Assembly (NCBI RefSeq): GCF_006345805.1
Contig: NC_043007.1
Coordinates: forward strand, 10,106,001 to 10,170,000
Direction: 5' to 3'
Source: Octopus sinensis
Taxonomy: Eukaryota
Length of the DNA: 64,000 bases
Below, in pieces: positions 23,968 to 36,203 of the stretch; position 1 is the first letter of the stretch; the number at the start of each line of letters is the position of its first letter. The position numbers were made by a program, and so were the translations under genes. A model generated the notes under the pieces. That model was not told where the DNA came from. It did not search any database and saw only the letters and a list, made by a program, of their open reading frames with translations.

Positions 23968-26900
23968 GTGTAATGTGTGATTGCACTGTATGTGTATGCA
24001 ATGTGGGAGTGAAATGTATGTGTATGCAATGTGGGAGTGAAATGTATGTGTATGCAATGTGGGAGTGAAATGTATATGTATGCAATGTGTGATTGCAGTG
24101 TATGTGCATGCAATGTGGGAGTGAAATGTATATGTATGCAATATGAGAGTGTAATGTATGTGTATGCAATGTGAGAGTGTAATGTATGTGTATGCAATAT
24201 GAGAGTGTAATGTATGTGTATGCAATATGAGAGTGTAATGTATGTGTATGCAATATGAGAGTGTAATGTATGTGTATGCAATGTGAGAGTGTAATGTATG
24301 TGTATGCAATATGAGAGTGTAATGTATGTGTATGCAATGTGAGAGTGTAATGTATGTGTATGCAATGTGAGAGTGTAATGTATGTGTATGCAATGTGGGA
24401 GTGAAATGTATATGTATGCAATATGAGAGTGTAATGTATGTGTATGCAATGTGAGAGTGTAATGTATGTGTATGCAATATGAGAGTGTAATGTATGTGTA
24501 TGCAATATGAGAGTGTAATGTATGTGTATGCAATGTGAGAGTGTAATGTATGTGTATGCAATGTGAGAGTGTAATGTATGTGTATGCAATATGAGAGTGT
24601 AATGTATGTGTATGCAATGTGAGAGTGTAATGTATGTGTATGCAATGTGAGAGTGTATGTATGTGTATGCAATGTGAGAGTGTAATGTATGTGTATGCAA
24701 TGTGAGAGTGTAATGTATGTGTATGCAATGTGAGAGTGTAATGTATGTGTATGCAATGTGAGAGTGTAATGTATGTGTATGCAATGTGAGAGTGTAATGT
24801 ATGTGTATGCAATGTGAGAGTGTAATGTATGTGTATGCAATGTGAGAGTGTAATGTATGTGTATGCAATATGAGAGTGTAATGTATGTGTATGCAATGTG
24901 AGAGTGTAATGTATGTGTATGCAATATGAGAGTGTAATGTATGTGTATGCAATATGAGAGTGTAATGTATGTGTATGCAATGTGAGAGTGTAATGTATGT
25001 GTATGCAATGTGAGAGTGTAATGTATGTGTATGCAATATGAGAGTGTAATGTATGTGTATGCAATGTGAGAGTGTAATGTATGTGTATGCAATGTGGGAG
25101 TGAAATGTATATGTATGCAATATGAGAGTGTAATGTATGTGTATGCAATGTGAGAGTGTAATGTATGTGTATGCAATATGAGAGTGTAATGTATGTGTGT
25201 ATGCAATATGAGAGTGTAATGTATGTGTATGCAATGTGAGAGTGTAATGTATGTGTATGCAATGTGAGAGTGTAATGTATGTGTATGCAATATGAGAGTG
25301 TAATGTATGTGTATGCAATGTGAGAGTGTAATGTATGTGTATGCAATGTGAGAGTGTAATGTATGTGTATGCAATGTGAGAGTGTAATGTATGTGTATGC
25401 AATGTGAGAGTGTAATGTATGTGTATGCAATGTGAGAGTGTAATGTATGTGTATGCAATGTGAGAGTGTAATGTATGTGTATGCAATGTGAGAGTGTAAT
25501 GTATGTGTATGCAATGTGAGAGTGTAATGTATGTGTATGCAATGTGAGAGTGTATGTATGTGTATGCAATGTGAGAGTGTAATGTATGTGTATGCAATGT
25601 GAGAGTGTAATGTATGTGTATGCAATGTGAGAGTAATGTATGTGTATGCAATGTGAGAGTGTAATGTATGTGTATGCAATGTGAGAGTGTAATGTATGTG
25701 TATGCAATGTGAGAGTGTAATGTATGTGTATGCAATATGAGAGTGTAATGTATGTGTATGCAATGTGAGAGTGTAATGTATGTGTATGCAATATGAGAGT
25801 GTAATGTATGTGTATGCAATATGAGAGTGTAATGTATGTGTATGCAATGTGAGAGTGTAATGTATGTGTATGCAATGTGAGAGTGTAATGTATGTGTATG
25901 CAATATGAGAGTGTAATGTATGTGTATGCAAGTGAGAGTGTAATGTATGTGTATGCAATGTGGGAGTGAAATGTATATGTATGCAATATGAGAGTGTAAT
26001 GTATGTGTATGCAATGTGAGAGTGGTAATGTATGTGTATGCAATATGAGAGTGTAATGTATGTGTATGCAATATGAGAGTGTAATGTATGTGTATGCAAT
26101 GTGAGAGTGTAATGTATGTGTATGCATGTGAGAGTGTAATGTATGTGTATGCAATATGAGAGTGTAATGTATGTGTATGCAATGTGAGAGTGTAATGTAT
26201 GTGTATGCATGTGAGAGTGTAATGTATGTGTATGCAATGTGAGAGTGTAATGTATGTGTATGCAATGTGAGAGTGTAATGTATGTGTATGCAATGTGAGA
26301 GTGTAATGTATGTGTATGCAATGTGAGAGTGTAAGTATGTGTATGCAATGTGAGAGTGTAATGTATGTGTATGCAATGTGAGAGTGTAATGTATGTGTAT
26401 GCAATGTGAGAGTGTAATGTATGTGTATGCAAGTGAGAGTGTAATGTATGTGTGTATGCAATGTGAGAGTGTAATGTATGTGTATGCAATGTGAGAGTGT
26501 AATGTATGTGTATGCAATGTGAGAGTGTAATGTATGTTATGCAATGTGAGAGTGTAATGTATGTGTATGCAATATGAGAGTGTAATGTATGTGTATGCAA
26601 TGTGAGAGTGTAATGTATGTGTATGCAATGTGGGAGTGAAATGTATATGTATGCAATATGAGAGTGTAATGTATGTGTATGCAATGTGAGAGTGTAATGT
26701 ATGTGTATGCAATATGAGAGTGTAATGTATGTGTATGCAATATGAGAGTGTAATGTATGTGTATGCAATGTGAGAGTGTAATGTATGTGTATGCAATATG
26801 AGAGTGTAATGTATGTGTATGCAATGTGAGAGTGTAATGTATGTGCATGCAATGTGGGAGTGAAATGTATATGTATGCAATATGAGAGTGTAATGTATGT

Positions 26901-27150
26901 GTATGCAATGTGAGAGTGTAATGTATGTGCATGCAATGTGGGAGTGAAATGTATATGTATGCAATATGAGAGTGTAATGTATGTGTATGCAATATGAGAG
27001 TGTAATGTATGTGTATGCAATGTGGGAGTGAAATGTATATGTATGCAATATGAGAGTGTAATGTATGTGTATGCAATGTGAGAGTGTAATGTATGTGTAT
27101 GCAATATGAGAGTGTAATGTATGAGCATGAAACATGGAGTGTAATGTATG
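23968..27150. repeat. 28-bp tandem satellite, ~3.2 kb (~110 units), consensus GTGTAATGTATGTGTATGCAATGTGAGA
   Basis: Direct reading; the minus-strand translations repeat every 28 aa (3 units = 84 nt). Confidence 0.98.
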
Positions 27151-27265
27151 GATGGTCAAATTGATAATAATACATTTACTATGGTGACAAAAAAACTGAT
27201 ATCAGATTTACTATGGATGATCAAACTGATAATAATACATTTATTATGGATGGTCAAACTAATAT

Positions 27266-28487
27266 TATTGGGTTGTCCAGAAAGTTCATGCCAATTTTTA
27301 AAGGAAAGAAAAAGGTCAATAAATACTTGCCATTACATTTTTAATCAACCAGATATGAACCATTTTGGTGCACAATGCATCTCCATCTTTCCTTTAACTT
27401 GAAAATATCCTCTTCCCAGAATTGAGGTGCCTGGGAGGGTAAGTCGAAAGGTAAGCTACTATAAATCGGCACAAACTTTCTGGACAACCCAACAGATTTA
27501 CTGTGGATGGTCAAACTGATATTATTGGGTTGTCCAGAAAGTCCATGCCGATTTTTAAAGGAAAGAAAAAGGTCAATAAATACTTTTTAATCAACCAAAT
27601 ATGAACCATTTTGGTGCACAATGTATTTCCATCTTTCCTTTAACTTGAAAATATCCTCTTCCCAGAATTGAGGTGCCTGGGAGGGTAAGTTGAAAGGTAA
27701 GCTACTATAAATTGGCACGAACTTTCTGGACAACCCAATAGATTTACTGTGGATGGTCAAACTGATATTATTGGGTTGTCCAGAAAGTTCATGCCGATTT
27801 TTAAAGGAAGAAAAAGGTCAATAAATACTTTTTAATCAACCAATATGAACCATTTTGGTGCACAATGCATCTCCATCTTTCCTTTAACTTGAAAATATCC
27901 TCTTCCCAGAATTGAGGTGCCTGGGAGGGTAAGTCGAAAGGTAAGCTACTATAAATCGGCACAAACTTTCTGGACAACCCAACAGATTTACTGTGGATGG
28001 TCAAACTGATATTATTGGGTTGTCCAGAAAGTCCATGCCGATTTTTAAAGGAAAGAAAAAGGTCAATAAATACTTTTTAATCAACCAAATATGAACCATT
28101 TTGGTGCACAATGTATTTCCATCTTTCCTTTAACTTGAAAATATCCTCTTCCCAGAATTGAGGTGCCTGGGAGGGTAAGTTGAAAGGTAAGCTACTATAA
28201 ATTGGCACGAACTTTCTGGACAACCCAATAGATTTACTGTGGATGGTCAAACTGATATTATTGGGTTGTCCAGAAAGTTCATGCCGATTTTTAAAGGAAA
28301 GAAAAAGGTCAATAAATACTTGCCATTACATTGTTAATCAACCAAATATGAACCATTTTGGTGCACAACGTGTCTCCATCTTTTCTTTAACTTGAAAATA
28401 TCCTCTTCCCAGAATTGAGGTGCCTGGGAGGGTAAGTCGAAAGGTAAGCTACTATAAATCGGCACAAACTTTCTGGACAACCCAATA
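27266..28487 (-). mobile_element. Tandem array of five internally deleted mariner elements (~216-229 bp each, period 244-257 bp)
   Basis: Each unit has TIRs tattgggttgtccagaaagt / actttctggacaacccaa(t/c)a. On the minus strand it encodes the mariner transposase C-terminus FWEEDIFKLKERWRCIVHQNGSY. Units start at 27266, 27523, 27769, 28013 and 28259. Confidence 0.9.
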
Positions 28488-28654
28488 GATTTACTGTGGA
28501 TGGTCAAACTGGTACATTTAGTATTGTTGGTCAAATTGATGCAAGATTTAAGCATAGCTGGTTAACCTGTTGCTACTACACCACCATCATGGTTAGTTAG
28601 ACTAATGCTTACCATTAAAGTTAGTTAATGATGATGACAGAACAAAACACTCAC

Positions 28655-29349
28655 CTGATGTAGTTATCAAGGGGCAGCTTAGCCATTTTTAGCCGCTCTT
28701 TTTTGGCTTTTGCCATTGTTAATGGTTTTGGAACAACTTTATCTACTAGTCCGCCAACAACGTAGATGGCATCATGGTCAAAAGTCTGCAAGACTGACGG
28801 AGCATCAGGTGTTAGATACACCAGTTTCTCCCTTGGGTAAAGGTTCAGATAGTGTTGGTCACTGTTGGTCATCAGAAAATGCTCCTCTTCGTGTTTGTTG
28901 ACCCTAGTATTGTCCAGGCAATTTTGAAACATGCTATTGGATTGGTTGCCGCTTAATACAAAATGGAAAGGATCCGGGTGGACCTTGTTTGATCCATAGC
29001 CCATAAGAAACTGTTCACAAAGTCGATGAACATCTTGCTTTCTCATGTAATTCTCAAAGCTCATATCAAAGATAATCGGTTGGCCAAACATCATAGCATG
29101 GGCTAACCGCGAGTAATAGAATGAGTTTATGGTAGATTTGCGAATAAACATAAAAATCGTATTTTTTGACTGGCTGGGTTTGTCTTGTTCTTTAACCAGG
29201 CTGTCTTCAAGCTTCTTCTGTCTCTTCAGTTGTCTTCCGAGTTTTGCAGCTTCAACTTTTTTTAGATAACGATAATATCTTTTCCGGGCACTGACTGTCG
29301 GGAAAGTAAGCATCTCCAACCAAAGCTCATCAGTCATGTTGTCTGGAAC
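28655..29349 (-). CDS. TRMT10C: TRMT10C middle coding exon (Trm10 SPOUT domain)
   Basis: Acceptor ttattcaacag|GTTCCA, donor ATCAG|gtgagt; 695 nt. Encodes VPDNMTDELW..KRYYRYL, MMFGQPIIFDMSF, LVYLTPDAP..FDHDAIYVVGGLVDK and AKLPLDNY. Confidence 0.93.
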
Positions 29350-29959
29350 CTGTTGAATAACAGTACAGAAGAAGCATGAGAGAGAGAGAGAGAGGGGGAG
29401 AAAGAGAGAGAGAGAGAGAGAAGAGTGTGTGTGTGTGTGTGTATGTATGTGAAGGTGTGTATGTGTTTACAAGCTTTGGTAAATATTGGATTGGGATTTG
29501 ATTGCCCATGTTAAGTCCAGTGTAGGTCAAAGGCCTCAACATGTTCTCTCCACCAACCACAGTCTGAGGTGAAGGCCATGAGTTTGAGCTAGAGATTATA
29601 CTAGTTTGATGAGCTGACTTTGGCACACTGGCCTGACATATAAGAAGGAATAATAGAGATTATCATCCTCCTCATCCTTATCACTTAACATTTGTTTTCC
29701 ATGTTGTCCTAAGTTGGACGATTTGATGGAATCCACAAACCCACAGAACTGCACCGAGTTCCCATGTCAGCTCTGGTATGGTTTCCATGGCTGAATGCCC
29801 TTCCTAACACCAACCACTTTAGAGTGTGTATTGGGTGCTTTTTTTCATTTCATTAGCATCGGTGATATTGCCAAGTAACTGGCAAGGCAGGAAAAGGGAC
29901 AAAACCCCATCAAATAAGTGAGGACGGGGAGTATATGACCTGGGGGGACCTAGCTTTAT

Positions 29960-30515
29960 GTTAGTTAGTTAGTTAGTTAATTTTTTGGCTCAAAAAGCAA
30001 AAAAGCAAGCCATGTAGGGGGACATGGAGCTATGTACAGGGAGGGTGTTCATGTAAAGAGTTCAGGCCACTTGTGGTCAAAGAAGACTTTGAACCGTGCG
30101 GTCGTCGGCATCTTCACCATCTCGTCCGGCAGCTTATTCCACGGATCCGCAACCCGGACGGAGAAAGCCCCTCTCCTTCGATTGAGATGAAATCGTCGCA
30201 GATAGAGCTTTTCGGAATGACCCCACAGCCGACGCTCTGGAGCAGGAGTGAAGAACAGCTCCTTCAAGAGGTTACACTTTCTGCTTATGATGTTGTGAGC
30301 AAGAATGAGATCTCCACGGCGTCGTCGTTTTTCTAGAGAATAAAGGTTGAGCGTCTTCAGCCTTTCTTCATAAGACAAATTCTTGAGACCAAGAACCATG
30401 CGGGTAGCCAGCTTCTGGACTCTTTTGAGATGCTGTATGTCTTTGAGGAGATAAGGAGAAGAGGCTTGAATCCCGTACTCCAATATGGGTCTCACCAGCG
30501 TGACATAGAGCAGTA
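29960..30515 (-). mobile_element. 5'-truncated CR1-clade LINE 3' end with (TAAC)n tail
   Basis: Encodes LYVTLVRPILEY..RVQKLATRMV.GL..LSYEERLKTLNLYSLEKRRRRGDLI..FSVRVADPWNKLP; (TTAG)n at 29961-29980 on the + strand. Confidence 0.9.
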
Positions 30516-30970
30516 GGAAGTAAGGTGCTAAGAGATTACGGTATGATAGAGGGACAAGCACAGGTGTCTTGCCGTAGAGAAGATACATAGTTACCCACAT
30601 TATATATGGGTGGTTTATATAAGTGTATGCTTGAGAAATTGAAATAGTAAGAACTTGTGAGCATCAAAGAAATTCTATAAGTATGTATTCATACATATAT
30701 GTGTGTGTGTGTTCTGTAATCCTCAATACTTCCTCTTCCACATTTAACATAGACATTTTGCTAGTGACTTGATAGCTTATACTCTACCACCCTACAAAAG
30801 GATCTTCATCTCGTGGTTATATGGCAAAATACCAGAATACGATGGACAAAATGAAGTGGAAATCAGAATCTGCAGAAAACAGAACTAGTTTATAAATCAA
30901 AGAATCACACGTTATTCTCTCTCTCTCTCTCTCACCCAAACGCAACAATTATCATTATTATTATTAACAT

Positions 30971-31377
30971 AGGCACAGGAGTGGCTGTGTGGTAAGTAGC
31001 TTGCTTACCAACCACATGGTTCCGGGTTCATTCCCACTGCGTGGCACCTTGGGCAAGTGTCTTCTACTATAGCCTCGGGCCGACCAAAGCCTTGTGAGTG
31101 GATTTGGTAGACGGAAACTGAAAGAAGCCCGTCGTATATATGCATATGTATGTCTGTGTATATGTTTGTGTATCCGTGTTTGTCCCCCCAACATCGCTTG
31201 ACAACCGATGCTGGGGTGTTTACGTCCCCGTAACTTAGCGGTTCGGCAAAAAGAGACTGATAGAATAAGTACTAGGTTTACAAAGAATAAGTCCTGGAGT
31301 CGATTTGCTCGACCAAAGGCAGTGCTCCAGCATGGTCACAGTCACATGACTGAAACAAATAAAAGAGTAAAAGAGTA
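30971..31377 (+). mobile_element. SINE family A
   Basis: Full-length copy. Confidence 0.85.
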
Positions 31378-31789
31378 ATATATACAAGCTTCTTTCAGTT
31401 TCCCTTCTACCAAATCCACTCATACAGCTTTGATTGGCCCCGAGTTATAGTAGAAGACGCTTTCTTATCCAAGGTGCTGTACTGTATAGCATGAGTGCTT
31501 GTTTACATGGCACCAACACAGAACTCTCACAGGCCAATTCTCTTCACCAAGGAGTACAGGTCTTCTTGAGTACAGCAAAGCACCAGGTATATCAGTCCTT
31601 TGTCATCTTGTCTGAAAAGTTCAGCATCCTGAGGTTACCCTGGACAAAATGCCCAGAAGGCATTTTTTCTGGTATTGAACCCAGAACCATATAGTTGGGA
31701 AGCACACTTTTTAACCATACAGGAATGTCTGTTCCTGAATACAGTAATTCAACAACCCAGTACTTTAACTCTTTAGCATTAAACATCAA

Positions 31790-32720
31790 CATCATCATCA
31801 TCATCACCATCATCATCGTTTAATATCCGCTTTCCATGCTAGCATGGGTTGGACGGTTCAACTGGGGTCTGGGAAGCCCAAGGGTGCACCAGGCCAGTCA
31901 GATCTGGCGGTGTTTCTACAGCTGGATGCCCTTCCTAACACCAACCACTCCGTGAGTGTAGTGGGTGCTTTTTATGTGCCACCGACACAGGTGCCAGACG
32001 AGGCTGGCGAACGGCCACGCTCGGATGGTGTTTTTTATGTGCCACCGGCACGGAGGCCAGGCGAGGCTGGCACGGCCATGATCGGATGATGTTTGTTACG
32101 TGCCACCAGCACGGAGGCCAGTTGATGCGGTACTGGCTACGGTCACGTTCGGGGGGTTTTCTTATGTGCCACCAGCACTGGTACCACAAAACTACAAATT
32201 CCATTGAATATATATCAAATGGAAATTGTAGTTATGATACCTGTGCCGGCGGCACATAAAAAGCACCATCTGAATGTGGCTGATGCCAGCGCCACCTTGA
32301 CTGGCTTCTGTGCCGGTGGCACATGACCTGCTGTACTTGAGGAGACCTATTGAGTCAAGTACATCAACATCAAAATAAATATCAAATGGAAATTGTAGTT
32401 GTGATACCTGTGCCGGTGGCACGTAAAAAGCACCATCTGAACGTGGCCGATGCCAGCACCGCCTTGACTGGCTTCTGTGACAGTGGCACGTAAAAAGCAC
32501 CAACCGATCGTGGCTGCTGCCAGCCTTCCCTGGCACCTGTGCTGGTGGCACATAAAAAGCACCCACTACACTCATGTTGTGGTTGGCGTTAGGAAGCGCA
32601 TCCAGCTGTAGAAACACCGCCAGATCAGACTGGAGCCTGGTGCAGCCTCCTGGCTTCCCAGACCCCGGTTGAACTGTCCAACCCATGCTAGCATGGAAAA
32701 CGGACGTTAAATGATGATGA
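31790..32720. mobile_element. Adjacent inverted pair of family B copies (~31790-32200 minus; ~32225-32720 plus)
   Basis: A (CAT)n-led copy is followed by a copy ending in (GAT)n. Other plus copies lie at ~125-292, 1478-1636, 43698-44020 and 53925-54312. Confidence 0.82.
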
Positions 32721-33162
32721 TTATTCTGTCAAAAGTACTGCTTATTTATTCATCTTGTAGCTATGAGATTTTGACGAGGCAACTTTTAAGTTTTTAGAAT
32801 GATATAGTAGAGTAGTTGTGAGAAATCAGATCTGACCAGTTTGAAAGTAAAACAGGTAGAATATTTTGGCTGGATATGGCTGTTTTAAATGCTTAAGGAT
32901 TAATGCCACATTCCCTTGTAATTCATTTAACAAAGAAAACAATCATAAAACCAATTACAAATTGGATCTTTTCGCTTTGACCGGCAGATTTAAAAAATAA
33001 TTTCTTTGTAACTAAACACTTTTAAACTTCGTATACTGGTAGAATGTGTTTATAAAACATCTATTTGTCTTGGCTTTCTTGAGAAAATTCTGTAGTTTGT
33101 AAGTTATTTGTTGCTTAATTTCTTGCATTTCGGCAATTTCAACCAATCAATGACGTCTATTC

Positions 33163-33542
33163 TTTTACTTGTTTCATTCATTTGACTGCGGCCATGCTGG
33201 AGCACCGCCTTTAGTCGAGCAAATCGACCCCGGGACTTATTCTTTGTAAGCCCAGTATTTATACTATCGGTCTCTTTTGCCGAACCGCTAAGTGACGGGG
33301 ACGTAAACACACCAGCATCGGTTGTCAAGTAATGCTAGGGGAGACAACCACAGACACACAAACATATATATACATATATACGACAGGCTTCTTTTCAGTT
33401 TCTGTCTACCAAATCCACTCACAAGGCATTGGTCGGCCCGAGGCTATAGCAGAAGACACTTGCCCAAGATGCCACGAGGTGGGACTGAACCTGGAACCAT
33501 GTGGTTGGTTAGCAAGCTACGTACCACACAGCCACTCCTGCA
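33163..33542 (-). mobile_element. SINE family A nested in a GGATC MITE
   Basis: Reverse-complement copy. Confidence 0.85.
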
Positions 33543-33646
33543 CCTATTGAGAAATTATTTTAAAAAATCTGCCGGTCAAAGCGAAAAGATCCACTAAATT
33601 ACCTAAGATAATGATGACAGCACTACATATAAATTCCATTACTTAC

Positions 33647-33949
33647 TCTAAAAGATCCAAGCTGTTTCATGACTTCATACTCTAGTTGTAAAATTTTCAA
33701 TTTCTTCGTCATCTCTTCATCTAAGTTTTTGATTTTCTCTGCTGCACTTGCACTTGAATCAGTCTTCTGGGTGTCTTTAGTGTCTGTAATTGATGGTGCC
33801 GGTAGCTGTGCACAAAGACGCACACCCGAAAGATGTTCAAGTGCATACTTTTTACTCCCTCTTGGAAGGGCTTGAAACATAAACTGCAATAGAGGACTAG
33901 TTCTGTTGCAATGCAATGGCACCTGACGTAAAAGATACCTTAATGCCAT
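33647..33949 (-). CDS. TRMT10C: TRMT10C first coding exon (probable mitochondrial targeting peptide)
   Basis: ATG at 33949 is one base after a tgacag acceptor; donor AGA|gtaagt; 303 nt, phase 0 into VPDNMT. The N-terminus MALRYLLRQVPLH is Arg-rich and acid-poor. Spliced CDS 1134 nt = 377 aa. Confidence 0.85.
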
Positions 33950-35094
33950 TCTGTCACTGAGGAAGAAATGAAAAAAAAAAATTAAAGAGAGAGAGAGAGA
34001 GCACAATTATTGCTAGGAAAACAAACCCACACACAAGATAACAATGTAGGAGAAAACAATTCCTTTACATGATACATCAACATCATCAAAATAAAAATCA
34101 AATGGAAATTGTAGTTGTGATACCTGTGCCGGTGACATGTAAAAAGCACCATCCGAATGTGGCCGATGCCAGCACCGCTTTGACTGGCTTCCGTGCTGGT
34201 GGCACGTATAAATATGACAAAGCTGGCCCTATGAAATAAAGGTACAACTCATTTTTGCCAGCTGAGTGGACTGGAGCGGCAAGCAATAAAGCGTCTTGTT
34301 CATGCTCTGCCAGGAATCGAACTCGCGAAAAGTTCAAACCGAAAAGATCCAGTAACTATTCCCCAATTCCACCAAGAAATAGACAATAATGAAAACAAAG
34401 GCGATCCTTCGAAACACAAGAGGACTGTTGTCAATCTCACTGTAGACAACTCGGAGGAAAATCTATGACCAACCCGTCAAGTCTCAGTAGAAATTGTCTC
34501 ACGTTTTCCCTCTCTATTAAAAGAATGATGTGTTTTGAAGTGAATTTAACTGTTATTTCTAACAAGTTGTTCTGTCAGAAGCTCCCTCTACGGATCGTTT
34601 AATCGCATGAACAATATATGAGAAATGAAACCGAGTGGCAGAAGCGTGGTAGCTGCAACTCTAAGAATTTCTCTTTCTCGTATCATCCATTCTTTACACA
34701 AGGTCGACAGACTATTTCAATGACATAACAGAAGAATCGACTGTACTGACAAACATTTAATGTTATCAACCATCAATATTGTAAAAAAAAAAAATTAAAT
34801 TAATAAATTAAATAACTTCAGAATCTATTACTATTTGCAGAACAGGTTTATTCCGACTTGGATTTAAAACTTCGTGAGATAACCGGAAAACGGTAAAGAA
34901 AGTCGCATGAAGTAACCCCTGAAAGGATCTTATAAACAATCCATCAGCCGGAGCTCTTAGCACCCTCTTTTGTCAGCTAATCTATTTCCAAATTAACTAT
35001 ACACAAATCAAATTATAAAATGTTAATGCGAAATCAGCAACGGAATTAATAACGCAACTTTGTAATGTCAGTAAACAGTTGTTACATATCTATT

Positions 35095-35499
35095 ATAACC
35101 GATTAAATCATTATTTCGTCTTCTTCGTCCCTATATTGATATATCCCTATATTTATCGGGGTCGATAAATTAAGTACCAGTTACGCACTGGGGTCGATGT
35201 AATCGACTTAATACCTATGTCTGTCCTTGTTTGTCCCGTCTATGTTTAGGCCCTTGTGGGTAATAAAGAAATATATAACCGATTAAATCATTATTTCGTC
35301 TTCTTCGTCCCTATATTGATATATCCCTATATTTATCGGGGTCGATAAATTAAGTACCAGTCACGCACTGGGGTCGATGTAATCGACTTAATACCTACGT
35401 CTGTCCTTGTTTGTCCCCTCTGTGTTTAGCCCCTTGTGGGTAATAAAGAAATATATAACCGATTAAATCATTATTTCGTCTTCTTCGTCCCTATATTGA
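35095..35499 (+). repeat. 180-bp tandem duplication with a triplicated ~45-bp flank (X-S-X-S-X)
   Basis: gattaaatcattatttcgtcttcttcgtccctatattgat occurs at 35101, 35281 and 35461; S is the 3' half of SINE C. Confidence 0.92.
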
Positions 35500-35734
35500 T
35501 AAGCACAAGAAACACCTGGTAATATGTAAAAACCAAGCTGCTTCTGAAATTTAGGGTCGGTAAGACATAAAATCTAGACATTCTCATTAAGGTATTTAAG
35601 TAGACTGAAATATTTCCTCACCTGAAAGTTGTAGTTTACATTAAACCATGTGGAAATACTATTGAAGACCGCTTACAACGTTAAACATTACGTCCCACCA
35701 CTTGATGCTTCTCCTATTATTATTTTCTTTCTCT

Positions 35735-36055
35735 GAGCTGGCAGAAGCTTTAGCACGCCGGGCGAAATGCTTTAGCAGTATTTCGTCTGCCGCTACGTTG
35801 TGAGTTCAAATTCCGCCGAGGTCGACTTTGCCTTTCATCCTTTCGGGGTCGATAAATTAAGTACCTATTTCTTTATTACCCACAAGGGGCTAAACACAGA
35901 GGGGACAAACAAGGACAGACATAGGTATTAAGTCGATTACATCGACCCCAATTAAGTACCAGTTACTCACTGGGGTAGATGTAATCGACTTTATCCCTTT
36001 GTCTGTCCTTGTTTGTCCCCTCTATGTTTAGCCCCTTGTGGGCAATAAAGAAATA
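35735..36055 (+). mobile_element. tRNA-headed SINE family C; other copies at ~10440-10685 (-), 12043-12272 (+), 50520-50725 (-), 51040-51420 (+) and 56140-56322 (-)
   Basis: Head gagctggcagaa..ttagcacgccgggcgaaatgc..gagttcaaattcc, core cctttcggggtcgataaattaagtacc, tail ccttgtgggcaataaagaaata. Confidence 0.8.
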
Positions 36056-36203
36056 TCTTTCATTCCACATCAAGGGTTCGATATTTAAAAAAACAGAAAG
36101 GGTCATTTCTAACGACAGAGAAAATAATGTATAATTGTTTTAACAGATAGTGTAGTGTAGCACATTTTGCTAGGAATGTCATTCTTTTGTAAGATGATTC
36201 GCT

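Noticed and set aside
23837-27175. Four very long His/Thr-rich ORFs (up to 1093 aa) on the minus strand
   Set aside because: They are translations of the 28-bp satellite, which lacks stop codons on that strand. All three frames are open and the region is a TRMT10C intron.
27266-28487. CRISPR-like regular repeat-spacer appearance
   Set aside because: The spacers are identical rather than unique, the units are ~245 bp mariner derivatives, there are no cas genes, and the context is eukaryotic.
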